Assembly: GCA_038087875.1 (NCBI GenBank)
Contig: JAXLNO010003819.1
Location: 124,001-188,000, forward strand
Source: Malacoraja senta
Lineage: Eukaryota
Length of the DNA stretch: 64,000 nucleotides
Direction: 5' to 3'
This document shows, in pieces, positions 12,172 to 25,680 of the stretch. Made by a program: the position numbers and the translations under genes. Each line of letters starts with the position of its first letter. Within the stretch, counting starts at the first letter, position 1. The notes below the pieces were generated by a model. It did not search any database, was not told the origin of the DNA, and was given only the letters and a program-made list of their open reading frames with translations.

Positions 12172-12846
12172 TGCTGATTATATATGTGTTTAAATCATAT
12201 ACTCTCAGGTGTCTGTCTACATGGTGTCAGAAGTGGCATTAATCCCAAAGAACTGAACACTGCCATTAAGCGCCCACACCATCCCACGAAGACAGTAGAG
12301 AATGTTGCGGCAAAGATCGGAACGGTCACCCTATTTTCTGTCCGAGATGCAAAGAAACGGTCATACGACAGATCCAGCAGACCACTCCAGCCTCTACTGC
12401 CGGGCCAGGTCGTCCGTCTATGAACTTCAACTGGACATTCTCGTCTGGGCACTGTTGTACGCCCGAGGGATGAGCCGCGATCGTACCTTGTGGACTGTGA
12501 GGGAGCGGTATACCGGAGAAATCGACAACACCTGCTTGCTGTGAAGGAGCCCCGACCACCGCCTGCTGATCCCTATGCTCCGCCGCTCCAGCTCCAGCCG
12601 CCTTTCGCAATGTCTCACGCCCGTGGCCGCATGCCTTGCACGCCCCACTCCCACGTCCCTCGGTCTCCACTAACCACGGGGTTACACATACAGCATGTTT
12701 CCCCTCTCGGTCACCACAAGCCTCTCCCGTGCGATTTTCACCTTCAGCCTCTCCGCCTAATCCTTCAGTGGAGGGAGGGGATGGTTGGGTCTGATGCTGA
12801 CTAAAGATGTGTTTAAATTATATACTGTCTCAGGTGTCTGTCTACA
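12172..12846 (+). mobile_element. Internally deleted Gypsy-type LTR retrotransposon
   Basis: About 50-bp direct repeats ending tcaggtgtctgtctaca (12172-12221; 12782-12846), PBS tggtgtcagaagtggcat (12222-12239), PPT agtggagggagggga (12767-12781), integrase C-terminal remnant YDRSSRPLQPLLPGQVVRL..PRSYLVDCEGAVYRRNRQHLLAV. Confidence 0.85.
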
Positions 12847-12859
12847 AAATCGAAGCGGT

Positions 12860-13045
12860 CGGGTTAAACATAGAAACATAGAAACATAGAAAATATGTGC
12901 AGGAATAGGCCATTCTGCCCTTCGAGCCTGAAACGCTATTCAATATGATCATGGCTAATCATCCAACTCAGTATCCTGTACCTGCTTTCTCTCCATACCC
13001 CCTGTTCCCATTAGCCACAAGGGCCACATCTAAATCCCTCTAACT
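12860..13045 (-). mobile_element. CR1 3' terminal fragment
   Basis: acatagaaacatagaaacatagaaaat tail followed by the reverse complement of the CR1 3' UTR seen at 6540-6717. Confidence 0.85.
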
Positions 13046-13184
13046 AAATGTTGTGGCCTAGCATAACGGGTCCACAAATCAAGGAGGCACAAGGGAAGAT
13101 ACAAAACAAAATACACAAGGTATGCGTAGTCCTTGCCATCAGTAAATGTCGTTTGGAATGTAAATGGCCATCGGGATGTTCCCA

Positions 13185-13810
13185 TTTTCAGTATTAGAGA
13201 TACAGCACAGAAACAGGCCCTTCGGCCCACCAATTTCACGTTGCCCAGCGATTTCCGTACACTAACACTATGCTACACATTGGACACTTTAGTTTCATTC
13301 TTGGAACACAGATTCTTGGATTCATGGAACACATCGCAGAACAGCGTATATTGACGTCGCAACAGGTCTCATGCTTCCAGAAACCCACCGCACCGACGAG
13401 GTCCTCTCTCCAGCAGCCGGTCTCCTTACCGGCCCTATGTCGGCCTCCTCCCATTGTGGGCGGGCGAACCGGGACTTCCGGCTGAGTTCCCGCGCGCGGC
13501 GCTTGTTCTCCGTCCTCGGTCTGCGGCGGGCGAAGCATGCATACCGGGCTGGTCCTCAGTTATTGGCGATTGAGGTCTGGCCTAGCCAGCGATACTCTGT
13601 CCGCGTTGAGCTGCCTACTGCTGGGTGTGGCCGCGGCTAGATCACATCTGGCCGCGCTTTGGCCACATTCGAGACACATGCAGGTTTGCCGTTTAATTGG
13701 TCTCTATAATTGTTCCTGTGTGCAGGAGAGAGGCTGTGTGCGGGTACTTGCTGGTCGGCGTGGACGTGATGGAGCGAAGGGACTGTTTTCACTCTGTAAA
13801 CTAAACTAAA
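13185..13810. mobile_element. Two partial SINEs (about 13185-13400 minus, about 13630-13810 plus) flanking a GC-rich segment
   Basis: gagatacagcacagaaacaggcccttcggccc tail on the left; gaagggactgttttcactctgtaaactaaactaaa tail on the right. Confidence 0.65.
13400..13630. promoter_or_regulatory. Small CpG-rich segment with promoter-type motifs
   Basis: CpG-dense in a CpG-poor background; GGGCGGG 13458-13464, ETS-type ACTTCCGG 13474-13481, E2F-like TTCCCGCG 13487-13494. No linked gene identified. Confidence 0.4.
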
Positions 13811-15719
13811 GAAAACACAAGCAATGTCTTATAGTTCACTCTATAATTCGCTCTCTTCAGAAACGGCACGAAGTTAGATTGTTTTCCTTTCAATGCTACA
13901 TTATCGTGTAACTGAAATGTAACTAGCAGATGAAAGTGTTTTCACCGGAAGTAAAGATAATGAAATGTTTCTGGCTTCTTCTTCGCATTTCTTTATTCTT
14001 CCAAGTACTTTTTAGATAGAGAGAACAAAAGATGAAAAACTCTTTTGTTATTAACATAAATCCTATTAAATCGTAGACAGAAATATCAGCGAAATTGATT
14101 CGAATTGATCGGAGAGCACCTTGGTTCGCATTGAATAATTACAATTGTCGAAAGAGAATCTCTTGTTTGTTTCATATTGCTCATGTTGACAGTTGTTCAA
14201 AGAAGAAGAAAGATTCACTTGGTTAACTTGGTCAACACATTCCTATGTATTCATAATTTGAATGTTTAGTAATAAATTGATCTTTGGCTAAATCGACTAA
14301 ACCTGTTGTTTTTATTCCTGTGTTGAAAGAAGTTGCGCAACTTCTGGGGGCAGATAAATCTTCGGTAACCCGTCATGGTCAATGTGTATCTAAAACATCA
14401 GAGGTGCAGCTGTAGAAACGCTGCAGAATATGACAGTGCCCCAATGCCTTAATTCATCGAATCTGCTTTTTAACATTAGGACCGAACTCTCTCTTGAGTA
14501 CATCAATTTTATTTTATTGCTAATATTATGCAATCTCCGGTCAGTCACCAATCAAATACACTCTACTGATTGCACCTGGCGAATTCTGTTTTGAAGAAAA
14601 ATAAACAGCCTTTATCATTAACCTTCTTTTTCGCCTTCTAACTGCTGCTTTTCCGCTGGAGATTTCTTTTATTTTCTGTGCAATTGTACATGTTCAGTAT
14701 CTGCGGTATTTTGTATTTTATTAAACTACGCCATATTGCAGCTGGTCCAAATTCGGCGCATCTTCTGCTGCATATGCCATACATGCAGGGTACAGCCATT
14801 GCCTGAAAATTAAAAAAAAAACTTCGTTTAACAGCAGGCACAATCACTGTTCACAATCACTGCACCTCTTCGGACTTCCTGTGGCCATTGCGAAAATAAT
14901 ACCAAACTTCCTAAACCTGGACCAGACTCTGCCTGTTTTGGAACTTTGAAAAGATTTTGTTGCGTGCTATCCAGTCAGCAGAAAGACAATACTTGTTGTA
15001 ATGGAGCCATTTGTAGTATTATAGATACATGATAATGGAACAACGTTTATTGCAAGGTGAAGCCAGCATAGCTCAATCAAACATAGTGCTAGGGTCAGCA
15101 TTTAGGTAGATCAGTTGAGGAACAGATTTTTAGTTCACAATGTCGGTGTCGACCCGATACCAAGAGCAGCTCCGATCTACCTGCGCGTTACTGATATCCC
15201 TCCATTCCCTGCAGATTCATATCTCCATCCAAAACTATTTTAAATTCCACTATCGTATCCGCCTTAACCATCAGCCCTGGCAGCGCCTTACATGCACTCG
15301 CCGCACTTTGTGTAAAACATTGCGCCGCACATGTTCGTTACATTTTGCCCTTCGTACCATAAAGCTGTGACCTCTTGTATATAATGTTTTACATTCTGGG
15401 AAAATCAAAGTTCCGCCAGTCTACCGGGTCTCATAAGTTTACATAACTCGACCAGGTCTCCCCACAATCTCCGACGTTCCAGAGGGATAAAAATCCAAAT
15501 ATGACAATCTCTCCCAGTACCTAATTCCCGTTAATCCAGCCACCATGCGCAACTGGGCAACTGCGGCTGTAAAACACGCTGCTCTTATTACGTTTCTCCA
15601 TCTTGCTGAATTGGCAAAGTCATTCACTAATGGCTTTGCTGCCGGTCACCAGTTTGTGCAGCGTGCTAGTTTAGTTAGTTTACATTCGTTTGGTTTAGTT
15701 AAAGTGATCTAAACAAATA

Positions 15720-18700
15720 CAAGTATAAATATAAAAGTTTCTTTAGGTATGTGATGAGAAAAAAAATAGTTAAGACCAAAGTTGGACCCTTGAAGACTGA
15801 AAAGGGTCAATTTATTATGGGGTACAAGGAAATGGCAGATGAGTTGGACAGGTACTTTGGATCCGTCCTCACTAAGGAGGACAGAAACAATCTTCCAGAT
15901 GTACTATCCAGATGATCTGGGGTGACGGAGTAAATGAAGGAATTCCACAATTGGCACGAAATGGTGTTGGGTAGACTGATGGGATTGAAGGCTGATAAAT
16001 CCGCAGGGCCTTATGATCTGCATCCCAGGGTAGTTAAGGAAGTGATTCTAGATATCGTGGATGCATTGGTGATCATTTTCCAATGTTCTATAGAGTCAGG
16101 ATCAGTTCCTGTGGATTGGAGTGTAGCTGATGTTATCCCACTTTTTAAGATAGCAAATTTGCTCATGTTACTTTGAATTGCTTCATCCAAATCATTTATG
16201 TATATTGTAAATAGCTGCGGTCCCAGCACCGAGCCTTGCGGTACCCACATTTTCATTGCCTGCCATTCCGAATGTGACCCGTTAATCCCTACTCTTTGTT
16301 TCCTGTCTGCAAACCAATTTTCCGTCAATGTCAGCGCTCCACCACCAATACCATGTGCCCTAATTTTGCCCACTAATCTCCTATGTGGGAGCTTATCAAA
16401 TGTATTCTGAATGGCCAGGACACTTCATTCACTGGCTCTCCCTTGTCCATTTTCCTACTTCCATTCTTAAATAAAATTCCAGAAGATTAGTCAAGCATGA
16501 TTTCCCCTTCGTAAATCCATGCTGACTCGGACCGATCCTGTTACTGCTATCCAAATGTGCCGCTATTCATCTTCCACTATCGTATCCGCCTTAACCATCA
16601 GCCCTCGCAGCGCGTTCCATGCACTCGCCACACTTTGTGTAAAACATTGCGCCGCACATTTTCTTTAAATTTTGCCATTCGTAGCATAAAGCTGTGCCTT
16701 CTTGTATATAATGTTTTCCATTCTGGGAAAATCAAAGTTCTGACAATCGACCTGGTCTCATAAGTTTACATAACTCAACCAGGTCTCCCCGCAATCTCCG
16801 ACGTTTCAGAGGGATAAAAATCCAAATATGACCATCTCTCCCTGTACATAATTCCCGTTAATCCAGCCACCATGCGCAACTGAGCAACTGCGGCTGTGAA
16901 ACACGCTGTTCTTATTACGATTCTCCATCTTGCTGAATTGACAAAGTCATTCACTAATGGCTTTGCTGCCGGTCACCAGTTTCTGCAGCGTGCTAGTTTA
17001 GTTAGTTTACATTAGTTTGGTGTAGTTAAAGTAAACTGAACAAATACAAGATTAAATGTAAAGGAGGATAGTAAAAGCTTCTTTAGGTATGTGATGAGGA
17101 AAAAATAGTTAAGACCATAGTTGGACCCTTGAAGACTGAACAGGGTCAATTTATTACGGGGTACAAGGAAATGGCAAATGAGTTGGACAGGTACTTTGGA
17201 TCCGTCTTCAGTAAGGAGGACAGAAACAATCTTCCAGATGTACTAGCCAGATGATCTGGGGTGACGGAGTAACTGAAGGAAATCGACAAATGGCAGGAAA
17301 TGGTGTTGGGTAGACTGATGCGATTGACGGCTGATAAATCCCCAGCGCCTGATGATCTGGATCCCATGGTAGTTAAGGAAGTGGCTCTAGAAATCGTGGA
17401 CGCATTGGTGATCATTTCCCAATGTTCTATAGATTCAGGATATGTTCCTGTGGATTGTAGTGTAGCTGACGTTATCCCACTTTTTAAGAAAGGCGGGAGA
17501 GAGAAAGTGAATTATAGATCAGTTAGCTTGACATCGGTGGCAGGGAAGATGCTGGAGTCAACTATGTAAGATGAAATGGCGGTTCATATGGAGAGAAGCA
17601 ACAGGATCGGTCCGAGTCAGCATGGATTTACGAAGGGGAAATCATGCTTGACTAATCTTCTGGAATTTTTTGAGGATTTAACTAGGAGCATGGACAAGGG
17701 AGAGCCAGAGGATGAAGTGCACCTGGACATTCAGAAAGCATTTGATAAAGTCCCACATTGGAGATTAGTGGGCAAAATTAGGGCACATGGTATTGGGGCT
17801 AGAGTGCTGACATGGATAGCTAATTTGCTCATGTTACTTTGATTCCCTTCATCCAAATCATTTATGTATATTGTAAATAGCTGCGGTCCCAGCACCGAGC
17901 CTTGCGGATACCCAACATTTCACTGCCTGCCATTCCGAATGGGACCCGTTAATCCCTACTCTTTGTATCCTGTCTGCCAAACAATTTTCCATCCATGTCA
18001 GCGCTCTACCACCAATACCACGTGGCCTAATTTTGCCCACTAATCTCCTGTGGGACCTTATCAAATGCTTTCTGAATGACCAGGACACTACATCCACTGG
18101 CTCTCCCTTGTCCATTTTCCTACTTCCATCCTTAAAAAAATTCCAGAAGATTAGTCAAGCATGATTTCCCCTTCGTAATTCCATGCTGACTCGGACCGAT
18201 CCTGTTACTGCTAACCAAATGTGCCGCTATTCTTTTATAATTGATTCCAGCATCTACCCAACCACCGATGTCAGGTAAACTGGTCTATAATTCCCTTTTT
18301 TCTCTCTGCCGCATTTCTTAGAAAGTGGGATAACATCCACAGGAACTGATCCTGAATCTAGAGAACATTGGAAAATTATCACCAATGCATCCACAATTTC
18401 TAAGCCACATCCTTAAGTGCCCTGGGATGCAGACTATCAGGCCTTGGGGATTTATCAGCCTTCAGTCCCATCAGTCTACAGAACACCATTTCATGCCTAA
18501 TGTGGATTTTCTTCAGATCATTCGTCGCTCCAGATCCCCTGACCGCATCAAAAACATTGTTTGTGTCCTCCATGGTGAAGACGGATCCAAAGTACCTGTT
18601 CAACCCATCTGCCATTTCCTTGTTCCCAATAATAAATTCACTTTTTTCAATCTTCATGGTCCAATCTTGAAGGATGTAGTTTAGGCAGGTATTGTCGCAA
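15720..18700. mobile_element. Rearranged CR1 ORF2 fragments in both orientations, partly tandem-duplicated
   Basis: Plus fragments ([29 protein letters not shown]) abut minus fragments ([20 protein letters not shown]); single-copy paralog at about 51100-52740. Confidence 0.85.
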
Positions 18701-20489
18701 CGTTTAAGAAATATTGCGACAGGTACATAGATAAGATATGTTAAGAGGAATATGGGCCATTCGTATGCAGGTGGGTGTGCAGATGGGGTACGTTGGTCAT
18801 CGCGGGCAGTATGGGCCGGAGGACTATGTTTCACGCTGTATTACACTAGAAATCTATGCCAAGATCGAAGAACAAATCACCTTCCGCTTGTGCAAGCCAC
18901 ACGTTTCTGGAGTTAACATCCGAGTCTTCAACGTTACTATATCTCTCTTCCTCCTCATTTGGAAGAAAATTCGGCATATCGACGACTGTCTTGATTATAT
19001 TGCCTCTCGTGATAACGTTCAAAACTTGAAATGTCTACTCACAACATCGTTCGCTCCAGAGAAATAAAATATCCTGACCTATACATTCTCTCTCGGAATT
19101 GAACGTCTCCAGTCCTGGCAAAAACGTTTTCATTAATACTCTGCCACTCCCCACATTAATGGTATCAATGCTAACATATTGCGATCTGAAGAACATCGCA
19201 CGTGCTGTCTCGCCAACGTCCTATACCAGATGTTTGAACTCAACTTATACCCAACTGCGTGGGACTCCCGCAGTGAAATAAGGCCACACCTCATGCTGGC
19301 TGAGGGAAGAAAAAACCCTACCATCCACATTCAAATTTACTCGCATTGGTTATAAGCAGATTGTTCATGAACAAGATGGAGAAATGGCCCTCTTTCCGTG
19401 CTGTGTAACATGCAACTACCACTTACAGTGAGAGTTCGTTCAATATACCTGCCCCGCCCGCGAGGAAGAGTTGACGCTGCGTCCCTTTAAACATTTACCG
19501 TCTGATTTGGTACTTTTGCCCTCTTTTAGAGACGTATATCCGAGGAACAAAATAATATACCTCCACTGATCATCTCCGTGTCTTATTTTAACCCTCCATA
19601 ACTCCTCATTGTTTTGTTCGCTGCAGAGGGAAAACGCTTCTGCATTATCCTGTCCATCTTACAATTCACTCCGCCCAATAATAGTACCAGTATTGTGAAT
19701 AGAGTTGTATACTCCATAGTTTAAATGGATCCTTAATGAATTATTTCGAAAAATAATATCCCTCCTCCTGTGCTGTACTGCTCTGTGAAGTTTTTTTTCC
19801 GTGAATTGCTTAGTTTGAGTGCACAAAACATGACACTTCTTTCTTAGGACACGACATTCTTCAGAATGATCTATTCCCAAACATGTACCGCCGGTCAGAC
19901 TCCCCTTAACCGATTCAGTCGGCTCTATCATCTTGCACATCAACATTCTTGATATCTCCAACGGATCAATGCATTGAGATTATTTCGCCCTAATATCTGA
20001 AACAACATAAAAATCAGTTCACCTCTCGTTTTATGAAATAACACATTTCTTTCAAGATAACCTGTAGATCAAGAACATTTCTTGTCGATATTTATTTCTG
20101 GTCAGTTTCCTCGTTACACATAATATTTGCATATTATTTACTTCAAGAAGTGCCAGCAGTTGAAAGATAGTAATGCTGCTGTTGTAGCTGAATTGTATAA
20201 GATGTCGTCTAGAAGGTTGCTGTGATTGACATCATTTGGACCCTGCCCAAGAATGATTCCCTTTTCTTTTGAAAAGGAGCTGCACGGGGAATCCAGGATC
20301 AAATTATTAATGGGTGCATGTTAAGTGAATGGAACGGTCTCTGGAAAATGCATTACAAATGCTACAAATAAAATACTGTATTATATAGCAGCATATGTGG
20401 ATAAATGGTATATGAGATGTATTTTGGTGCATTAACATTTTTAATTTTTTAATTTTTAATTTTTTAAAAAAATATTAATTTTATTTTTA

Positions 20490-23400
20490 ATTTACTTCCC
20501 CCTAGTCCTATCTACCTGCACTCATTCCTTTCCCCTTCCATATACCCATCCAATCTATTTTTAAAGGATAATATCGAACCTGCCTCCACCACTTCCACTG
20601 GAAGCTCATTCCAAACAGCTACCAATCTATGAGTAAAGAAGTTCCCCCTAATGTTACCCCTAAACTTCTGTCCCTTAATTCTCAAGTCATGTTCCCTTGT
20701 TTGAATCTTCTCTACTCTCAATGGGAAAAGCTTATCCACGTCCACTCTGTCTAACGCGCTCATAATTTTAAAGACCTCTATCAAGTCCCCTCTTAACTTG
20801 TTCAACCTTTCTCTGTAACGTAGTTGCTGAAACCCAGGCAACATTCTAGTAAATCTCCTCTGTACTCTCTCTTTGTTGACATCCTTCCTATAATTAGGCG
20901 ACCAAAATTGTACTCCATACACCAGAATTGGCCTCACCAATGCCTTGTACAATTTTAACATTACATCCCAACTTCTATATTCAATGCTCTGATTTATAAA
21001 GGCCAGCACACCACAAGCTTTCTTTACCACCCTATCTACGTGAGATTCCACCTTCAGGGAACTATAGCAAGATAGCAATTAATGATTATGATATAACAGA
21101 TAGCAATTAATGATTATGATATAGTTGGGATCACGGAGACATGGCTCCAGGGTGACCAAGGCTGGGAGCTGAACATCCAGGGATATTCAATATTCTGGAG
21201 GGATAGAGAGAAAGGAAAAGGAGGTGGGGTAGCGTTGTTGGTTAGGGAGGAGATTAACGCAGTGGAAAGGAAGGACATTAGCTTGGAGGATGTGGAATCG
21301 GTATGGGTAGAGCTACGAAATACTAAGGGGCAGAAAACGCTGGTGGGTGTTGTGTACAGGCCACCTAGCAGTAGTAGTGAAGTTGGGGATGGCATCAAAC
21401 AGGAAATTAGAAATGCGTGCAACAAAGGCAAAACAGTTATAATGGGTGACTTCAATCTACATATAGATTGGGTGAATCAAATTGGCAGGGGTGCTGAGGA
21501 AGAGGATTTCTTGGAATGTATGAGGGATAGTTATCTAAACCAACATGTAGAAGAACCAACGAGAGAGCAGGCTACTTTTTAAGAAGGGAGGGAGAGAGAA
21601 AACGGGGAATTACAGACCAGTTAGTCTAACATCGGTAGTGGGGAAACTGCTAGAGTCAGTTATTAAAGATGGGACAGCAGCACATTTGGAAAGTGGTGAA
21701 ATCATTCGACAAAGTCAGCATGGATTTACGAAAGGTAAATCGTGTCTGACGAATCTTATAGAATTTTTCGAGGATGTAACTAGTAGAGTGGATAGGGGAG
21801 AACCAGTGGATGTGTTGTATCTGGACTTTCAGAAGGCTTTCGACAAGGTACCACATAAGAGATTAGGATACAAACTCAAATCACACGGTATTGGGGGTTC
21901 AGTATTGATGTGGATAGAGAACTGGCTGGCAAACAGGAAGCAAAGAGTAGGAGTAAACGGGTCCTTTTCACAATGGCAGGCAGTGACTAGTGGGGTACCG
22001 CAAGGCTCAGTGCTGGGACCCCAGCTATTTACAATTTATATTAATGATCTGGACGAGGGAATTGAAAGCAACATCTCCAAGTTTGCGGATGACACTAAGC
22101 TGGGGGGGGCAGTGTTAGCTGTGAGGAGGATGCTAGGAGAATGCAAGGTGACTTGGATAGGCTGGGTGAGTGGGCAAATGTTTGGCAGATGCAGTATAAT
22201 GTGGATAAGTGTGAGGTTATCCACTTTGGTGGCAAAAACGGGAAGGCAGACTATTATCTAAATGGTGGCCGATTAGGAAATGGGGAGGTGCAGCGAGACC
22301 TGGGTGTCATGGTACACCAGTCATTGAAAGTAGGCATGCAGGTGCAGCAGGCAGTGAAGAAAGCGAATGGTATGTTGGCCTTCATAGCAAGAGGATTTGA
22401 GTATAGGAGCAGGGAGGTTCTACTGCAGTTGTACAGGGTCTTGGTGAGACCACACCTGGAGTATTGCGTACAGTTTTGGTCTCCAAATCTGAGGAAGGAC
22501 ATTATAGCCATAGAGGGAGTGCAGAGAAGGTTCATCAGACTGATTCCTGGGATGTCAGGACTTTCATATGAAGAAAGACTGGATAGACTTGGCTTATACT
22601 CGCTAGAATTTAGGAGATTGAGAGGGGATCTTATAGAAACGTACAAAATTCTTATGGGGTTGGACAGGCTAGATGCAGGAAGATTGTTCCCGATGTTGGG
22701 GAAGTCCAGGACAAGGGGTCACAGCTTAAGGATAAGGGGGAAATCCTTTAAGACCGAGATGAGGAAAAACTTTTTCACACAGAGAGTGGTGAATCTCTGG
22801 AGCTCTCTGCCACAGAGGGTAGTTGACGCCAGTTCATTGGCTATATTTAAGAGGGAGTTAGATGTGGCCCTTGTGGCTAAAGGGATCAGGGGGTATGGAG
22901 AGAAGGCAGGTACGGGATACTGAGTTGGATGATCAGCCATGATCATATTGAATGGCGGTGCAGGCTCGAAGGGCCGAATGGCCTACTCCTGCACCTATTT
23001 TCTATGTTTCTATGTTTCTATGTTTCTATGCACAGTTATTCCTAGATCCCTCTGTTCAACTGCATTCCTCAATTCGCTACCATTTACCATGTACGTCCTA
23101 TTTTGATTTGTCCTGCCGTGATGTAGCACCTCACATTTGTCAGCATTAAACTCCATCTGCCATCTTTCAGCCCAGTCTTCCAAATGGCCTAAATCTCTCT
23201 GTAGACTTTGAAAATCTACTTCATTATCCACAACACCACCTATCTTAGTATCATCTGCATACTTACTAATCCAATTTTCCACACCATAGATGTACATGAC
23301 AAACAACAGTGGACCCAACTCAGACCCCTGAGGCACCCCACTAGTCACCGGCCTCCAACCTGACAAACAGCCATCCACTATTACTCTGTGGCATCTCCCA

Positions 23401-25680
23401 TTCAGCCACTGTTGAATCCATCTTGCTACTCCACCATTAATACCCAACAATTGAATCTTCTTAACCAACCTTCCATGAGGAACCTTGCCAAAGGCCTTAC
23501 TGAAGTCCATATAGACAACATCCACTGCTTTACCCTCATCAATTTCCCTAGTAACCTCTTCGAAAAATTCAAGAAGATTAGTCAAGCATGACCTTCCAGG
23601 CACAAATCCATGTTGACTGTTCCTAATCAGACCCTGGTTATCCAGATGCTTATATATATTATCTTTAAGTATCCTTTCCATTAATTTGCCCACCACTGAC
23701 GTCAAACTAACAGGTCTATAATTGCTACGTTTACTCTTCGAACCCTTTTTAAACAACGGAACAACATGCGCAGTACGCCAATCCTCCGGCACTTTTCCCG
23801 TTTCTAATGACATTTGAAATATTTCTGTCATAGCCCCTGCTATTTCTACACTAACTTCCCTCAATGTCCTAGGGAATATCCTGTCAGGACCTGGCGACGT
23901 ATCCGTTTTCATATTTTTCAAAAGTGTCCGCACCTCCTCTTCTTTGAATCTCACAGTTTCCATTGATACTCTGCTTGTTTCCCTTACCTCACATAATTCC
24001 ATATCCTTCTCCTTGGTGAATACCGAAGAAAAGAAATTGTTCAATATCTCCCCCATCTCTTTTGGCTCTGCAGATAGCTGTCCACTCTGACTCTCTAATG
24101 GACACATTTTATTCCTTATTATCCCTTTGCTATTAATATAGCTGTAGAAACCCTTTCGATTTACTTTCACCTTACTTGCCAAAGCAACCTCATATCTTCT
24201 TTTAGCTTTTCTTGTTTCTTTCTTAATATACTTTTTACATTCTTTATACTACCCAAGCGCCTCATTTACTCCATTCTGCCTATAATTATTGTAGATCTCT
24301 CTCTTTTTCCGAACCAAGTGTCCAATTTCCCTTGAAAACCATGGATCTTTCCAATTTTTACTATTTCCTTTCAACCGAACAGGTACATAAAGATTCTGTA
24401 CTCTTAAAATTTCACCCTTAAATGTCCTCCATTTCTCTTCTACATCCTTCCCATAAAACAACATGTCCCACTTCACTCCTTTTAAATCCTTTCGCATCTC
24501 CTCAAAGTTAGCCTTTCTCCAATCAAAAATCTCAATCCTAGGTCCAGTTCTGACCCTCTCCATAATTGTATTGAAACTAATGGTATTGTGATCACTGGAC
24601 CGGAAGTGCTCCCCGACGCATACCTCCGCCACCTGCCCTGACTCATTTCCTAACAGGAGGTCGAGCACTGCCCGTTCTCTAGTAGGTACCTCTATGTATT
24701 GCTGCAAAAAAGTATCCTGCACACATTTTACAAACTCCAAACCATCCAGCCCTTTTACAGAATGTGTTTCCCAGTCTATGTGTGGAAAATTGAAATCTCC
24801 CACAATCACTACCTTGTGCTTACTACTAATATCTGCCATCTCCTTACATATTTGCTCTTCCAATTCTCGCTCCCCATTTGGCGGTCTATAATACACCCCT
24901 ATAAGTGTTGCTACACCTTTCCCATTTCTCAGTTCCACCCAAATAGCCTCCCTAGACGAGCCCTCTAATCTATCCTGCCAAAGCACTGCTGTAATAACTT
25001 CCTTGACAAGCAATGCAACACCCCCACCTCTTGCCCCTCCAATTCTGTCACTCCTGAAGCAACGAAATCCTGGAATATTTAGTTTCCAATCACAGCCCTC
25101 CTGCAACCATGTTTCACTGGTCGCCACAACATCATACTTCCAGGTGTCAATCCAGGCTCTAAGCTCATCCACCTTTCTTACAATGCTCCTAGCATTAAAA
25201 TATACACATTTAAGAAACCCATCACCACTTATTCTCTGTTTATTATCTTTTTCTTCTTTCACCCCTACATTTTGGGTCCGAGTGCTTCCCTTCTCTGCCT
25301 CCTGCCTCCCACATTTTCCACTAGCTCTATTTGAGTCCCTCCCCCCAACCGTTCTAGTTTAAAGTCTCCCCAGTAGCCTTTGCAAATCTGCCCGCCAGGA
25401 TATTGGTCCCCCTCGGGTTCAAGTGCAACCCGTCCTTTCTGTACAGGTCACACCTTCCCCAAAAGAGGTCCCAATGATCCAGAAATTTGAATCCCTGCCC
25501 GCTGCACCAGTTCCTCAGCCACGCATTTATCCCCCACCTCATTCCATTCCTACTCTCACCGTCGCGTGGCACAGGTAGTAATCCTGAGATTGTTACCTTT
25601 GCGGTCCTTCTCCTTAACTCTCCTCCTAACTCCCTAAATTCTCCTTTCAGGACCTCTTCTCTTTTTCTACCTATGTCGTA
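20490..25680 (-). mobile_element. Near full-length CR1-clade (HER1-like) LINE: partial ORF1 esterase, APE endonuclease, RT, 3' end; disrupted
   Basis: 25354-25704 SGNH-type ORF1 (ISGLLPVP..FLDHWDLF..DGLHLN); 24249-25262 endonuclease (YFNARSI..SETWL..GDFN..SDHN); 23010-24182 RT (QHGFVPGRSCLTN..YADD); 20512-21078 C-terminus. Confidence 0.92.
21066..23029 (+). mobile_element. Young CR1 inserted into the older LINE; internal deletion near 21580
   Basis: Endonuclease piece 21235-21582 jumps to RT 21638-22923; (TTTCTATG)n tail; the paralogous site at 54981-54995 (ggaactatgcacag) is empty. Confidence 0.9.
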
